From NCBI GenBank assembly GCA_951406725.2, contig OX597828.1:58218001-58282000 (forward strand): 64,000 nt of DNA, read 5' to 3'. Made by a program: the position numbers and the translations under genes. The notes under the pieces were generated by a model that saw nothing but the letters and a program-made list of their open reading frames with translations, was not told the DNA's origin and ran no database searches. Origin of the DNA: Octopus vulgaris. Lineage: Eukaryota. Within the stretch, counting starts at the first letter, position 1; each line of letters opens with the position of its first letter. This document shows positions 26,181 through 40,231 of the stretch, in pieces.

Positions 26181-26518
26181 TTAGAGACAAAACCACTATT
26201 TTGCAAAACAAACAAGGAAAGACTTAATCAATACATAAAATTTTAATAAAAAGTAAAAAAACCACCACTACAATTGTTTCATGTCTTCAATGACAATCTT
26301 CAGGTGGATTTCCGATTTTCAAATCAGTTTCAATTTATGAAGACTTCATAAATTGAAACTGATTTGAAAATCGGAAATCCACCTGAAGATTGTCATTGAA
26401 GACATGAAACAATTGTAGTGGTGGTTTTTTTACTTTTTATTAAAATTTTATGTATTGATTAAGTCTTTCCTTGTTTGTTTTGCAAAATAGTGGTTTTGTC
26501 TCTAATTAATATTATATA
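26168..26518. repeat. Perfect palindrome, 175-bp arms with a 1-nt spacer (centre 26343); inverted Penelope-like pLTR in (TA)n
   Basis: Positions pair symmetrically about 26343 (CAATTTATGAAG-A-CTTCATAAATTG) out to 26168/26518. Confidence 0.92.
26379..26421 (+). ncRNA. Minimal type I hammerhead ribozyme (mirror copy on the minus strand at 26265-26307)
   Basis: CCAC-CUGAAGA-uUGUC auugaa GACAu-GAAAC-AAUU-GUA-GUGG: canonical core, stem I CCAC/GUGG, palindromic stem III ACAAUUGU, GUA cleavage triplet. Confidence 0.7.
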
Positions 26519-26594
26519 ATATTTTACTATAAAATTGGATTTAATCCTAAATCTGATTTTTTTCCCTGTAAATTTGGATTTATTCCCTAATATT

Positions 26595-26637
<43 letters not shown>

Positions 26638-27500
26638 TAAATTAGAGATAAAACCACTATTAAGCAAATCATACAATGAAAAACTTAAGCCAATACATAA
26701 GATTAATTAATTTATATTATTTTAAATATATATCAAAATTATTAAATTATTAAAATTATTATATATCTCAGTGGTGACCCCAATACTCGGGTTGTTCGGG
26801 CTTAGCCCGATTATAAATTTAGTAAAGTGAGTGTGTATTTTGCAAGCTGATTTAATTTCTGCCAACACTGACTTCAAGTACATAATTGCAGCCCATAACT
26901 CAGGTTCCTTTTATTGAGCCTGGTCACAGTTGATTTATTTTCGTTCAGCATCTGGTGGTCATCTTAGAGGTACCCTGTGTCAAAAAATAATATTCGTAGC
27001 AGACATTCTCACAATATCATTCACATGCACTTGACTTGAGCTCAGAAGTTACAGCCTGAATTGTTAACTATAATCATAAAAATTAAAAGTAATTCAATTC
27101 AAATTGAATGTTTTCTTGAAACAATAAATTTCTATAGAGATTGGGATTTAAATTCCAATCTAGGAAAAGTTTCTATTCTACAATATTCTTAGAGGAACAG
27201 AAAATTATCCAGCAACTCGGGCTAATACAAACAAGCCTGGTAGGTGTAAAAGGGTAACTGGTGTCTCTTATCAAGATTACAGGCAATAGTCAGATCACTG
27301 ATGTTATTTGATTGCTGTTATTCTGTGCATGTGTGTGTAAAGATCAGTTGTGTTTTGCAGGGTTGCTTTATTTTAACCCTTAACTTCAAAATGGAGAAAG
27401 ACATAGTGCTAGATATAAAAAAAATAAGGCTTAAAAATATTGAGGCTAGAAATATTGTGGAAAAACGTGAAATTCTTCGAGCAGGCCTGTGTTTAATGCA

Positions 27501-27575
27501 AAATCTGTGATGAGCCCGAGTGATTAAATCTGTAATGAGCCCATGTGATGAAATCTGTGATGAGTCCGAGTTATG
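27501..27575 (+). repeat. 25-bp minisatellite, three copies
   Basis: AAATCTGTGATGAGCCCGAGTGATT, AAATCTGTAATGAGCCCATGTGATG, AAATCTGTGATGAGTCCGAGTTATG. Confidence 0.85.
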
Positions 27576-29188
27576 CTGATGACCTGGAGTTGACTCTGAT
27601 ATATATACATATATATATAAGGGTTAAGACCCTCTTTGGTCATGAATGGCCATGGGATTGCACCTAGAAAGTTCCCCTCCAAGGCACAAGTCTGGGCAAG
27701 GTTGTTTCAGAAAGACCAACAGTCACACATGTATACTGGCCTCCCCTCTTCATGCCACCTATGTTATCCAAGGGAAAGGCAAAGGGGCCAATACAGCTTG
27801 GCACCAGTGAGCGAACTGGAGCAACATCAAATAAAGCATCTTGCTCAAAAACACAACACAACACTCAACCTAGTCTGGAAATCAAATTCACTACCTCATG
27901 ATTGTAAGCCTGATGCTCTAACCACTGAGCCATTTGCATTCATGTGTGTGTGTATATATATATATATATATCAACATCAAAAATTAATGGAAATCGTAGT
28001 CGTGATCCCTGTGCCGGTGGCACGTAAAAAGCACCATCCGAACGTGGCTGATGCACCAGCGCCACCTTGACTGGCTTCCGTGCCAGTGGCACGTAAAAAG
28101 CACCAACCGATCGAGGCCGTTGCCAGCCTCCCCTGGCACCTGTGCCAGTGGCACGTAAAAAGCACCCACTACACTCATGGAGTGGTTGGCGTTAGGAAGG
28201 GCATCCAGCTGTAGAAACACTGCTAGATCAGACTGGGCCTGGTGCAGTCTCCTGGCTTCTCAGACCCCAGTCAAACCAACCCACGCCAGCATGGAAAATG
28301 GACGTTAAACGATGATGATGAATATTTACTAAAATATTCAGTAAAAATATTCAGTAGCGTAATACTGGCTGAAGGGTATACAGATGATTCAACTAGACTA
28401 TATTTATAGATGTACCATAGTTAGATTGTATCTAATGTAATGTGAACTCCCCCCACTGGTTTTAGAAATATATTTTTTGCATTTTCTATTTAAGTTCTTA
28501 ACCAATCTTAATGTATCTATTTTTTCTGGAAGTTCTGTCTGTCTGTCTATATTTTTTTGCAAACTGTGAAGAAGTACGCTTTGACCTAGTTTGTGCTTCC
28601 CTTACTACTAAATTCTTTCAGGATATCATTAGGGTCACTCTAGGGTTAAATGATAACGAACTTTATAGCTAAATAATTTTTCTCAACCACTTCTACTAAA
28701 CTCATACATCCCCCTATCTAAAACATAGAATAAGACCATCAGAATTCTACTTCAGTCCGCTTCAAAGACTCGTAATGAAAGCAGCTTGAATGAAGCTGCA
28801 TGGATCCATTTGCCTTGAATGAAATCACAATGCAACTGAACCAACCACATCCTGGGGTATCTATGCAGTAGAAACATGTATTGGATAGAATTTAAAAGAG
28901 AATATATTGTATATATGACTGTAATAAACAAGCTTAAATATACATCCTGTATGCTGTACAAGATCCAAAGAAGTGAACTCGGAATTAACCCAAAGGTTGA
29001 AATATCATGTGGTTGTTTCCCTTAAATAATTTTCTGTTGATCATTATCCGTCTACCAAATCCACTCACAAGGCTTTGGTCAGCCCAAGGCTATAGTAGAA
29101 TACACTTGCCCAAGGTGCCACGTAGTGGGACTGAACTCGGAACCATGTGGTTCATAAGCAAGCTACTTAACACACAACCACTCCTACG

Positions 29189-29232
<44 letters not shown>

Positions 29233-30182
29233 CAGATATAAAAATATATAAAAGTGAAATATCTTTTAACTCCTTCATTATCATATTTCTTTTGAGATGC
29301 ATTGTCTTTATTCCATTTAATTTGAAAATAATGAGCAAATTAGTAGAATAACTTTGTCATTCACAATGTCCTCAGCTACTGTTTGGATCATGGAATAATA
29401 TGAAATTTTAATAAAAGGTTTTAATTTAGATCACTCTAAACTGGAAGTTTATGTCATAGAACCAGGAGCCGTCTCAGGTGGGTTGGTATCAAAAGGGTTG
29501 ACCATTTAGCATTTGAGCCAGCCAAGTCCAGCTGTTTTATGCTGAAACCTGCTAGATCAGGCCGCTCACAACTACCCTGCAATGTCTATCTAAAAATAAA
29601 TATCATTTTTTAACGTCTGCCTTCCATGATGGCATGGGTTGGACAGTTTGAGATGGGATGGCCATACAGAAGACTGCACCAGAATTCTGTGTCCGTTTTT
29701 ACAGCTGAATACCTTTTTAACATCAACCATCTCACAAAGTGAACTGGGCGCCTTTTTTTTTTATGTAGCACCAGCACAGGTGAGTTTTGGTATGGTTTTT
29801 ACAGCTGGAAGCCCTTCCAAATGCCAACGATTTTGCAGTGTAGACTGGATACTTTTTTACATAGCACCAACACTGGCAACGTCACCAAGTAACTTGCAAG
29901 ACAAGGGGCTTTTGAGAAGGGAGGGGGCATTGGAGGAGGTGATCTTGCGTCAGATGATGAACGGTTAGAGTGTGACAGAGAGGCAGGTGTCATTCTGTAG
30001 AGGATTTACATGGTTACCTGGCCAGAGGGAGACAGAGATAATAAGAATGAGGACGGAAACAGGTGTGCAATCACCTGATATTAATCTTGAAGCTACAAGA
30101 TAAGTACATGATTAATTGAAAGCGATGTAAATAAATAAGCATCACATTTAACAAAATAATCTGAATGCCAAAGGGTTAAACA

Positions 30183-30213
<31 letters not shown>

Positions 30214-31080
30214 GTTTAGCATCCGCTTTCCATGCTAGCATGGGTTGGACGGTTCGACTGGGGTCTGGGAAGCCAGGAGGCTGCTCCAGGCTCCAGTCTG
30301 ATCTGGCAATGTTTCTACAGCTGGATGCCCTTCCTAACACCAACCACTCCGCGAGTGTAGTGGGTGCTTTTATGTGCCACCGGCACAGGTGCCAGGTGAG
30401 GCTGGCAGGTGAGGCCATGATCGGTTGGTGCTTTTTACATGCCACCGGCACGGAGAACAGTTGAGGTGGCGCTGGCAGCAGCCACATTCGTATTGGTTCT
30501 TTTACGTGTCACCAGCACGTAAACAGTTATAAGAAATATTTGAAAGTTATATATAATTATATTTACTTCTGTCCCTATTTTCAACCTCCCTCCTCCTAAC
30601 TAAATCAACTTGCAGCTATCATCTATTCTTGCATCTATCGCTTAATATTCCACAAAGATCATCACACTTTTGCACATTTGGAATATTTCTAAGATTTTAA
30701 CAGCTAAACTCTCAGGTAGACCTAAACCCAGCAGGGAGCTAACCAATTCTTGCTCTTAATTCTTTAAATTTCCTCTTCATCACCTTTATACCCCTTTGAT
30801 ATTTAAACTCAATCGTCACCCCATTGTCTTGAATGACAGACCATTATGTTGCCATGGTACCCATAACCCACAACTTTGCACTTCCCATCATCCCTTCTTT
30901 TCCTTTTGCTTTTCTCTTGTTCTTCTACATGTCCTTCCATTGACTGCCTCTCTCAATTCCAGTGGTTCTCAACCATTATTTGCCATGGACCTCTTTGATT
31001 CCTACTTTATTCTACTGGACCCTCATAATCATTTGAAGTTTTAAGAAAAAAACACATTTTCGTTTTTAAATAATTGGGTC

Positions 31081-31400
31081 GAGGTGCAATGGTCCAGTGG
31101 TTAGGGCAGCAGACTCGCGGTCGGAGGATCACGGTTTCGATTCCCAGACCGGGCGTTGTGTGTGTTTATTGAGCAAAAACACCTAAAAGCTCCACAAGGC
31201 TCCAGCAGGGGGTGTTGGCGACCCCTGTTGGACTCTTTTGCCCCAACTTTCTCTCACTCTTTCTTCCTGTTTCTTGAGTAATGCTGTGAAGGACTGGCGT
31301 CCCGTCCAGCTGGGGTGAACACATACACCATAGAAACTGGGAAACTGGGCCCATGAGCCTGGCTAGGCTTGAAAAGGGCGAAGAAAAAAAAAGAAAAGAA
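31081..31400 (+). mobile_element. tRNA-derived SINE family D with V-SINE-like domain and A-rich tail, inserted in a hAT-like MITE starting at about 30960
   Basis: Box A TGGTCCAGTGGTTAGG, box B GGTTTCGATTCCC, GGACTGGCGTCCCGTCCAG motif and A-rich tail. Host element begins CAGTGGTTCTCAACC. Confidence 0.7.
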
Positions 31401-34400
31401 ATATTATTGGAACTTGTATAAAGAAATTAAATATTTTGTGTATTGTAGGAGTAAAACTGATTTATTGCCCTCTAAGCTCTATATCTACTGCCTATTCTAT
31501 TAATCTATCTCCTCCTATCAGCCAGGGTTTCATATTTTACTTACATTTCTGATAATATATGTATATATTATTAGAAGATTCATTAGCTAAAGCGTCATTC
31601 CTTTCAGAAGATTGGGTGAGTTGTTTGTATAATTTAAACTTTTGTTATTTCATTAACACCACTCTGTTTCATGTACAAGTACACACAATGCACATTATTG
31701 CACTGTACACTAAACACCAGAAACAGTTGTAAAGGATTACCTGCATTCTCCCTATCATGTGAAGTTCAAGGAGTAAATGCCAGGATTTTTACCTACCTGT
31801 CCAGGATGAACCTTTACAAACGACCACTTGCATCCTTTTGTCTGTGACATTAGAGTTATGAATGTTCTTGCCATAAACTTTCCGTTGAAGAATTTCTGTG
31901 AACTTCAACTTCCCTGATCTTACAGTTTTTCTGCTTAGTTGCACTCACTTCTGTAAAACTATTTCATACGTGATTTGATGCCTTTTGCAACAACCTATCC
32001 ATCTTTATTTTATTATAGATAGCAAAATGGTATTGAGCTGGCAGAATAATGGTATTGAGCTGGCACATCAGACAAAATATTCAGTTGCATTTCTTCTGAG
32101 TTCAAATTCTGCCAAGGTTGATTTTGTTTTTCCACCCTTTTGCAGTCGATAAAATAAGTACCAGTTGAGCATTGAAGTCGATATATTTAACTTACCCCTC
32201 CCCACAAAAAACTGCTGGCCTTATATCAAAATTTGAAAAGCAGCCAGCCAACAGAACCATTAGCAACAGAACCATTGGCAGCACAGCAGACAAATTCTTA
32301 GTATTTCTTCCTGTTATACATTCAGAATTCAAATGTTGCCAAGGTCAACTTTACTTTTTACCCTTTCAGGGTCAATAAAATAAGTTCTAATTCAGCACTG
32401 GGGTTGATGTAATTGGCTTCCCACTCCCCTCAGAATTGCTGGCCTTGTGCCAAAATTAGAAAGGATTTATACATAGTAAAATGTGAAAGAAGTACTTTGG
32501 TTTGTTCTCACTGCTCCACATGAGCAATGTTTCCTTCATTTCTTTCAAATTGTAATCGCTCTAATAATATTACTTTGTTATCGAAAGTTAGACTGGAGAA
32601 GTTACAAAGAAATTCATCTAAGTTTAACCGTTTAGCATTTGAACAGGTCATATCTGGCCAAAAAATATTCTGCTTCTTGTATATTCAAACTAGTTTGATC
32701 CAACATCTCACAACTACCCTACAATGAATAGCTTTTAAAAATAAAGAAGCACATCATTGAAATCTTGAAACCATAAGATCATGCATGATTAATTCAAAAC
32801 AGTGTTAATAAATATAGGCGCAGGTTTTGTTTTCTTTTGTGTCCTCTTAATGTTCGACAACTTTATGGTTTAACCAAACCTCTTTGTGTATGTTTAATTA
32901 TATTTAAATTCTATTTAATATGCCTTGCTGAATTTTTTTTATCAGTGTTTTTCTTACATAAGGAATTTTTACTTCAGCCCCAAAACATAATTGTAAATTT
33001 TTGTCAAGCATTTTACAAATTAGACTCACGAAAATGAATTGAAGTATTCATATATGTTTGGATGTTTGTGGTCTCCTGAATCAGTTGATGTGTGAGTGTA
33101 TATATAAATATATATACATACATGTTTGTGCTAATGGATAACTTGTATTTGTGTGGTGGATATGCCCTTTAATTTAGTATACAAGTGTCTATGCTCCATA
33201 CTTTTTCCCTCTTTAGAATAAAAGTGTTTGTGCTTCACTTATATGTGTGTGTGTTTATGTATTCTACATGTGTGTGTGTGTGCGTATGCCTGGCTCAGGA
33301 AATTCACAGGGGAGAGGATCCCTGGAGCATTTTATATACTTTTCATATGCTTAGCATCAAAAGCTGCCATTGACAATCTCTGGAACATTTTGCACCATAT
33401 GCATGCATGCATGTATGTATGTATGCACATATTCAATTTCAGAATCTGTTTATCTGTATGCATCTCCTGGGAATTTAACAAAAGCTGCCTATTGTAATGA
33501 GAAAGTGTATGGACTGTTAAAGTGTGTATCCTGTTAAACACAAGTCCTTTTGTCTAGAATTTTTGTTCACAAACACAGGTTTCTATTTATGTGTGTACAT
33601 GTTAGATATATGGCTTGTGTGTAGGTCAGTGGTTCACTACCACTCTTTGCTTAGGGACCCCTTCTCTACAGGACCTCTATAGCTATTCAATGTATCTTTT
33701 ATTTGTTTCAGTCATTAGACTGCAGCCGTTGCTGGGGCAAAGCCTTGAGGAATTTTTACTCAAACTGATCGACCCCAGTACTTATTCTATTGTTCTTTTT
33801 TGCCAAACTGCTAAGTTACAGGAACACGAAAACACCAACATCATTTGTCAAATGGCAGTGGGGGGAGCACAAACACACACACACACACACACACACATGA
33901 TAGGCTTCTTTCAGTTTCCATCTACCCAAGGCTATAGTAGAAGACACTTGCCCAAGGTGACATACAGTGGAAGAGAACCCAGAACCATGTGGTTGGCAAG
34001 CAAGCCTCTTACCACTCAGCCATGCCCTACCCCTAAAACAGGGATTGAAGTCTATTGTTATTGTTGTTGAACTGGAGATCAACCCAGATTTATCACACTG
34101 ACCCGTAATCAAACATCACTGTACCTACGATCACACTGCATTCCCCCTCCCCCCCACTCTGCGATAGTGTACTCTCCATGGGCAAAATTATCCATCATCA
34201 TCATTTAACATGTAGCTTCCTTACTGGTATGGATCCAGTGAGCTGCAGGTTTGCTTTAAACTCAGATGTCAGCTTTGACATGGTTTCTGTGGCTGGTTGC
34301 CCCCCACCCCACCCTAATGTCAACCATTTTAGAGAATGTACTATCTTCATGATATTTTTGATATCTGCTCTATCAATGCTGGTATCATTTGGATGAGTCA

Positions 34401-35045
34401 TCTTGAGGCAGTTATTCTATAGTCAAATGCTCTTCCAGATAACAGCTTTTGTTTTCAAGGGTTGAAAAGGATGTTATTGCTTTGGTCTTTGCATGAGCTG
34501 CCAGGTATTTTGTTTATGTAGGACCTAAACAACATCACTCCTACCCACACACATGTGTACAATGGAATTTGAACTCAGAACATAACATGTCAGAGCAAAT
34601 GCCACTAGGAATTTTTTCAGATGTTCTAACTATTTTGCCACTCACCACCTTAATATCCGTTTCAAATTTTGGCACAAGACAAGCAGTTTCAGGGGACAGG
34701 GTGAGTTGATTACTTTGACCCCAGTGCTCAACTGGTGCTTATTTTATTGATCACAAAAGAATGGAAATCAAAATCAGCCTTGGCAGAATTTGAACTCAGA
34801 ACATAGAGAGTTCATTGCAACCTATTTGTCAGTTTTACTACATAATAGGAATCTTGCCAATGCAAATCTAAGGCAGCCCCCTTGGAATCTCTTTGGTCAG
34901 ACGTGTGTGTGTGTATATACACTTTTTTCAGCTTATCAAATTTCTATGCCAATAAACTATTATTGTTCCTGAAAGTTGTTTTTTTATACTTTCTACAGAC
35001 TGCTAACTTTCTACACCTGGATCCTTGGACCTTACATTTACATAT

Positions 35046-35089
<44 letters not shown>

Positions 35090-35092
<3 letters not shown>

Positions 35093-35264
35093 TCGTTAGC
35101 CACTACACACATTTTTTTCTCTCCTTGTGTTTTCTGTGTCTCTTTCTGCAGAAGAGCATAGGCTCGAAACGTAAAAGACTTTTTCTATTCCTGAGCGTTA
35201 TATTAATACATCTGTTTGTTTTGTACACCACCTGTCTTCGTCTTTTGTTTTTTTCATAAACTCT

Positions 35265-35268
<4 letters not shown>
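35090..35268 (+). mobile_element. (TA)n-embedded about 180-bp Penelope-like pLTR/retrozyme unit with a hammerhead motif at 35141-35178
   Basis: UCUUU-CUGCAGA-a-GAGC auag GCUC-GAAAC-GUA-AAAGA. Homologous copies at 41496-41685 (+) and 45740-45900 (-). Confidence 0.7.
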
Positions 35269-35307
<39 letters not shown>

Positions 35308-35577
35308 TTGGTGTGTATTACTATCTCCTTGTCTTGACTGTGTGATAGTTGTTGTAAACGGGTGTCGGTCATGGGGAAATATTACCTTATTTGGAAAAAG
35401 GTGGGGTTGGCACCAGGGAGGACATCTGGCCCTAGAAAAATCAACCTCAACAAATTCCATCAGACCCATGTGAGCATTGAAAAGGCTAAATGAAAACAAA
35501 ATGGTGGTGGTGGCGGCGGCGGCAGTTGTGGTGTTGGTGATGTTGGCAGTGGTGAATTGTGTTAGATATGTCTAGCT

Positions 35578-35793
35578 CAGGGGTCTCCAAAGTGGTCAAT
35601 ATTGAACACCTGGGGGTCAATGGCACTATTCAAGGGGTCAGTAAATGCACATCTACTTATTGTTATTATTATTATTAATTATTATTATTATTATTATTAT
35701 TATTAATTTATTTTCTTGCACATGCCTGGGGGTCGATTAGGGGTCAAGGATTCTATGAAAGGGTTGATGGTCTCAAATGTTTGGGGACCCCTG
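35578..35793. mobile_element. hAT (Charlie-like) MITE
   Basis: TIRs CAGGGGTCTCCAAA and TTTGGGGACCCCTG. Perfect 8-bp TSD GTCTAGCT at 35570-35577 and 35794-35801. Confidence 0.9.
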
Positions 35794-36303
35794 GTCTAGC
35801 TAAACCACAGAATGGTATGTAGCCTTTGCTCTTGTATCTGCTTCCCCAGTAATTAATAAATTGTAATAGTTTCTGTTGGTGTACAGTAAGCGACCAACCT
35901 GTCCTTTCTCGCCACCACCTTTTTGCTTTGTCATTATATGACTTCCTATTAGCAACCTTTTTTACCTGCTTACAACCCACCCCTTCTCTTCTCTTTCAAC
36001 ACCTTGCCCTCCTGCCCACACACATTTCCACACATTCTTTAGATCTGCGTTTCTCAGGGCTGGTCTGGCTTTTTTCTTTGTTTTTAATTTTTACTTCTTT
36101 TCTTCTTTTGGTCATTGGACTGAGGCCATGCTGGGGCACTGTCTTCAAGAGTTTAGTCTACCTCATTGACCTTAGTATTTTTTTTTCTTTATCTTAAGTC
36201 TGGTATTTCTTCTATCAGTTTGTATTTGTCAAACATCACTGCTTACTAAGTGGTAAACATTGACAGGTAAATATAAACACACAAACACATGTATACACAC
36301 ATA

Positions 36304-37219
36304 CCGTAAATCCTCGAGTATAGCCCGCCCTTGAGTATAATGCACAGGGGATTTTTAAGGAGCTGTACCTCTGAAAAACCTACACCTTGTGTATAATACG
36401 CACCCCTTCTCTAACTTGAGTCAAGGAGGTCTATATACCATCCTTAGTTTGTAAAACTGTATACGGTAATGTCCTTTATTATTATTGTATATATAAAAAA
36501 AGGCGCAGGAGTGGCTGTGGTAAGTAGCTTGCTAACCAGCCACATGGTTCCGGGTTCAGTCCCACTGCGTGGCATCTTGGGCAAATGTCTTCTGCTATAG
36601 CCCCGGGCCAACCAATGCCTTGTGAGTGGATTTGGTAGACGGAAACTGAAAGAAGCCTGTCGTATATATGTATATATATATATGTGTGTATGTTTGTGTG
36701 TCTGTGTTTGTCCCCCTAGCATTGCTTGACAACCGATGCTGGTGTGTTTACGTCCCCGTCACTTAGCGGTTCGGCAAAAGAGACCGATAGAATAAGTACT
36801 GGGCTTACAAAAGAATAAGTCCCGGGGTCGAATTGCTCGACTAAAGGCGGTGCTCCGGCATGGCCGCAGTCAAATGACTGAAACAAGTAAAAGAGTAACA
36901 TAATGCAAACGTGTAGCTTTTTTGTGCATTTTGTTTGCAGAAAATAAAGAAATAACAGTAATAACGTTTAATAAATGTTGCTTACTGCAAAGTTATGGAT
37001 GATTCTTTTATGACTTCATTGCTTTCAGGCTTAGCTTAAGGTATTTTCGCACCCGACATCACAAAATGCGTCTGAATAAACATTGCTGGACAGCAAATAG
37101 AGACTCAGACATTGCTTAGAAAATAATTCTCATTTTTAACCTCATATATAGTACGCACTAGGGATTTTGACCTTTAAATTTTGGGGGAAAAAATGCAGAT
37201 TATACTCGAGGATTTACAG
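36304..37219 (+). mobile_element. Tc1/mariner-superfamily MITE with nested SINE
   Basis: TA|CCGTAAATCCTCGAGTATA...TATACTCGAGGATTTACAG|TA. Confidence 0.88.
36502..36897 (+). mobile_element. tRNA-derived SINE family A, full-length CpG-rich copy
   Basis: GGCGCAGGAGTGGCTGTGGTAAG (box A-like), GGGTTCAGTCCC (box B-like), CTTGGGCAAATGTCTT CORE-like segment and AAAAGAGTAA tail. More than 15 related copies in the window. Confidence 0.9.
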
Positions 37220-37696
37220 TACATATATACATACATACATGCATGCATGCACACATACACATTACATTCATCCTGATCATTTAACAGCCATCATGCTGGC
37301 ATGAGTTGGACAGTTTGACAGGATCTAACGAACCAGAAGGCTGCATCAAGCTCCAATGTCTGGTTTGGCATGGTTTCTATGGCTGGATGCCCTTCCTAAT
37401 GCCAACCACTTTGCAGAGTGTATTGAGTGCCTTTTTTCATGTCACTGACATTAATGAAGTTACCACTGGCATTAGTGAAGTCACAAGTAATGTGAGCACA
37501 CAAATCTGTCTAATTGGTTTAAAGACAGCCCTGAAGGTGTTCACACGTCAGGTGTTGAAGTGATTACAGAGCAATGTGAGATGAAGTGTTTTGCTCAAGA
37601 ACACAATGCACCGCCCAGTCTAGGAATTGAAACCACGATTTCATAATCGTGAGTGCAACACCCTAACCACTACATCATACATCCTCATATATATAA

Positions 37697-38492
37697 TCTA
37701 TATTAATAAAAGCAAAATTCTCTCTGTCTGTCTGGAACCTCTGTATCTCAGTCTACATTTGCTCTATATAGACATATTATACCTTTTGGAAATCAGGATG
37801 ATCCCAAGATTGAAAATTTGCCCTTCATTTGGTTCTTGAACATCCAATATTGGGATCTGATTTAAAAGCATTTGGGTTGCTATTTCTAGCAGATAAAGCT
37901 TGGCTGATTCATGCCTTCTTGCTTGGTGTTTGTCAGATGTCATCGTAGACCAAGGGAGAGATAAGTGACATTCGCTTCGTTAATTATACGTTGGCCAACA
38001 GTTGGAATTCGACTTGGGACTGGAACAATAGAATGATTGCATTACAGAATTAATTCTCATCCATTCTTAACCTCTGATCAAACACCACCGGGGCAAATAG
38101 TCATTATAGGCGTATTATAGTCATGCTTGATAGGAAATCTTGGAGAGTGTTTGTGGATGGATGAGTGAATTTTAATGTTGTTCAAAGGGGTACGGAACCA
38201 ACATGATGCAGTAGGGGTAAACCAGCATATGCTGTCGGGCCCCGCTGCTGATATTGGGGGGTTACATTCTATGCCTTGACCCGAGCATAGAACAGGGCTC
38301 GCCCCTTTCAGCAGGGAAATGAATAGAATGCTTGATGTGTGTCTTGTGGCTACCCATTCCTAAAAAAAAATGGGTAATAGGCCTGCGTATATGTATATGT
38401 ATGTATCTAGCTCTCTTTAGTTTTGGGTTGCAGGTCCAATTAGCCCTCCACAGGAGTTAGGTTAAAAGCACAGACACCAGCTTTTAAGCTAG
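37697..38492 (+). mobile_element. Possible non-autonomous Helitron
   Basis: A|TCTATATTAATAAAAG 5' end and CTAG|T 3' end with a weak subterminal hairpin (AAAAGC...GCTTTT). Single copy in the window. Confidence 0.4.
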
Positions 38493-38521
38493 TATATAAT
38501 ATATACATTATTTAATAGATA

Positions 38522-38570
<49 letters not shown>

Positions 38571-38879
38571 AGCTCCCATGCAGTTTCTGTTTACACCAAA
38601 TTTCACTCATAAGACATTCGCTATAGTAGAAGACACTTGTCCTGGGTACCACATAGCTGGTATGTAAACATCCTAAGTTCTCAGTCACAACCATGAAATT
38701 TACTTGAGCTCATAGGCTCAGGCAGCCATGGGGTTTCAGGTTCAGTCCTACTGTGCAGCGTCTTAGACAAGTGTCTTTTACTATAGCCCTGGGCCAATCA
38801 GTGTCCTGTGAGTGAATTTGGGAGATGGAAACTGTGTGAAAGCTTGTTCTATATGTGTGTGTATATTTATTTATCTATG

Positions 38880-38924
<45 letters not shown>

Positions 38925-39415
38925 CATCATTATCATCATCATTTAATGTCTATGTTCCATCTTAGCATGTGTTGGAAGGTTTGACAGGGTCTGATGTGTC
39001 TGAGGACTGCGTAGTGCTCGAGTGACTTGGTTTCTATAGCTGCATACCCTTCCTAACACTCACCCACTTTACGGCATGGACTGGGTGCTTCTTTTCTGTA
39101 CCACCAGCACTAGTAAGTGGGGAAGGGGTCAACTTCATGTTAGAGGATGAGGACATTACTGTGAGAAGTTGGGGGTGGTTTGCATGGCTTTTCACATGTA
39201 GTAGAGGAAAAGAAAGGGAAAGAGGAAAAGAGAAAATTAATTGTTGCAGCTGCAAGAGACAGTAGCAATGAGGTGCTGAGGTGGCCCCACGAGGCCCAAG
39301 GTGAGTAGAAGTAGGAGGTTTGCGAGATTGTGTGGGAAGGAAAATGAGGATGTGGGAAGGCAGGCTGCCGAAATGGGTAAAGCTGAGGGGTAAATGAACA
39401 AGTTTGTGTATGTGG

Positions 39416-39447
<32 letters not shown>

Positions 39448-40186
39448 AAGCCTACATAAAAGACATAAAAACATGTAAATTTCTCTGTAGATTGAAGAAA
39501 ATGATGAACAGCCTAAATCAAGTTTCAACCCTTATTGGAGCTCTCATCAGAGATGTATGTTCATGTGTGTGTGTTTGTTCAACTGAATCCTTCAAGGCAG
39601 TGCCCCAGTCTAGCTACTTCCGCATGACTGAAGCAAGTAAAAGATAAAAGCTAAGAGGCAATGAAGGAAGCCACCTTGTGGTTGTTTGGCCTACTAGAAA
39701 TAACAGTCGAATCACCCTCAAATTATAACCTATTGTCTTAAAGGAGAAAAAAGCACAACGTAATTATGGTTGGCATGCCTTTAATCATAGCCTCTTTGGT
39801 TTGGACTAAAGATGAAAAGTAACAATAAATATTTCTTTCCTCTTAAAAATGTAAGAACTTTTATCTTCCAATTCCATTCAAAACTTGCTCAAAATTGGCA
39901 AACTTTACTAGCAATTCCAGCTTCAAGACTACTCTGACGGTACACTCCACTATTCACGAAGGAGATGCAATAATTTGGAGGCAAAAATGGAGGTGTCAGT
40001 CGTAAATTGGACTTTTAACATTTTCATCCGTTCTAGGCAATTATATTTAAGTGCAGTTTAATCTTTCTATTGTAAAATGTACTTGCTGTACGTATATATA
40101 TATATATATATATATAGGTGTGTGTGTGTAAATATATTTATATATGCTTTTATATATATATGTATATGTGTGTATGTATGTATATA

Positions 40187-40231
<45 letters not shown>

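Noticed and set aside
27501-27600. C/D box snoRNA (GTGATGA ... CTGA)
   Set aside because: The C-box-like words arise from a 25-bp minisatellite. No terminal stem or recognisable guide.
31081-31155. tRNA gene
   Set aside because: Has A and B boxes but no proper acceptor stem, and continues into a SINE body with an A-rich tail. The same applies to the heads near 15893 and 20695.
31700-32000. Complex-looking sequence that might be a coding remnant on the minus strand
   Set aside because: All frames are interrupted by stops and no protein motif was recognised.
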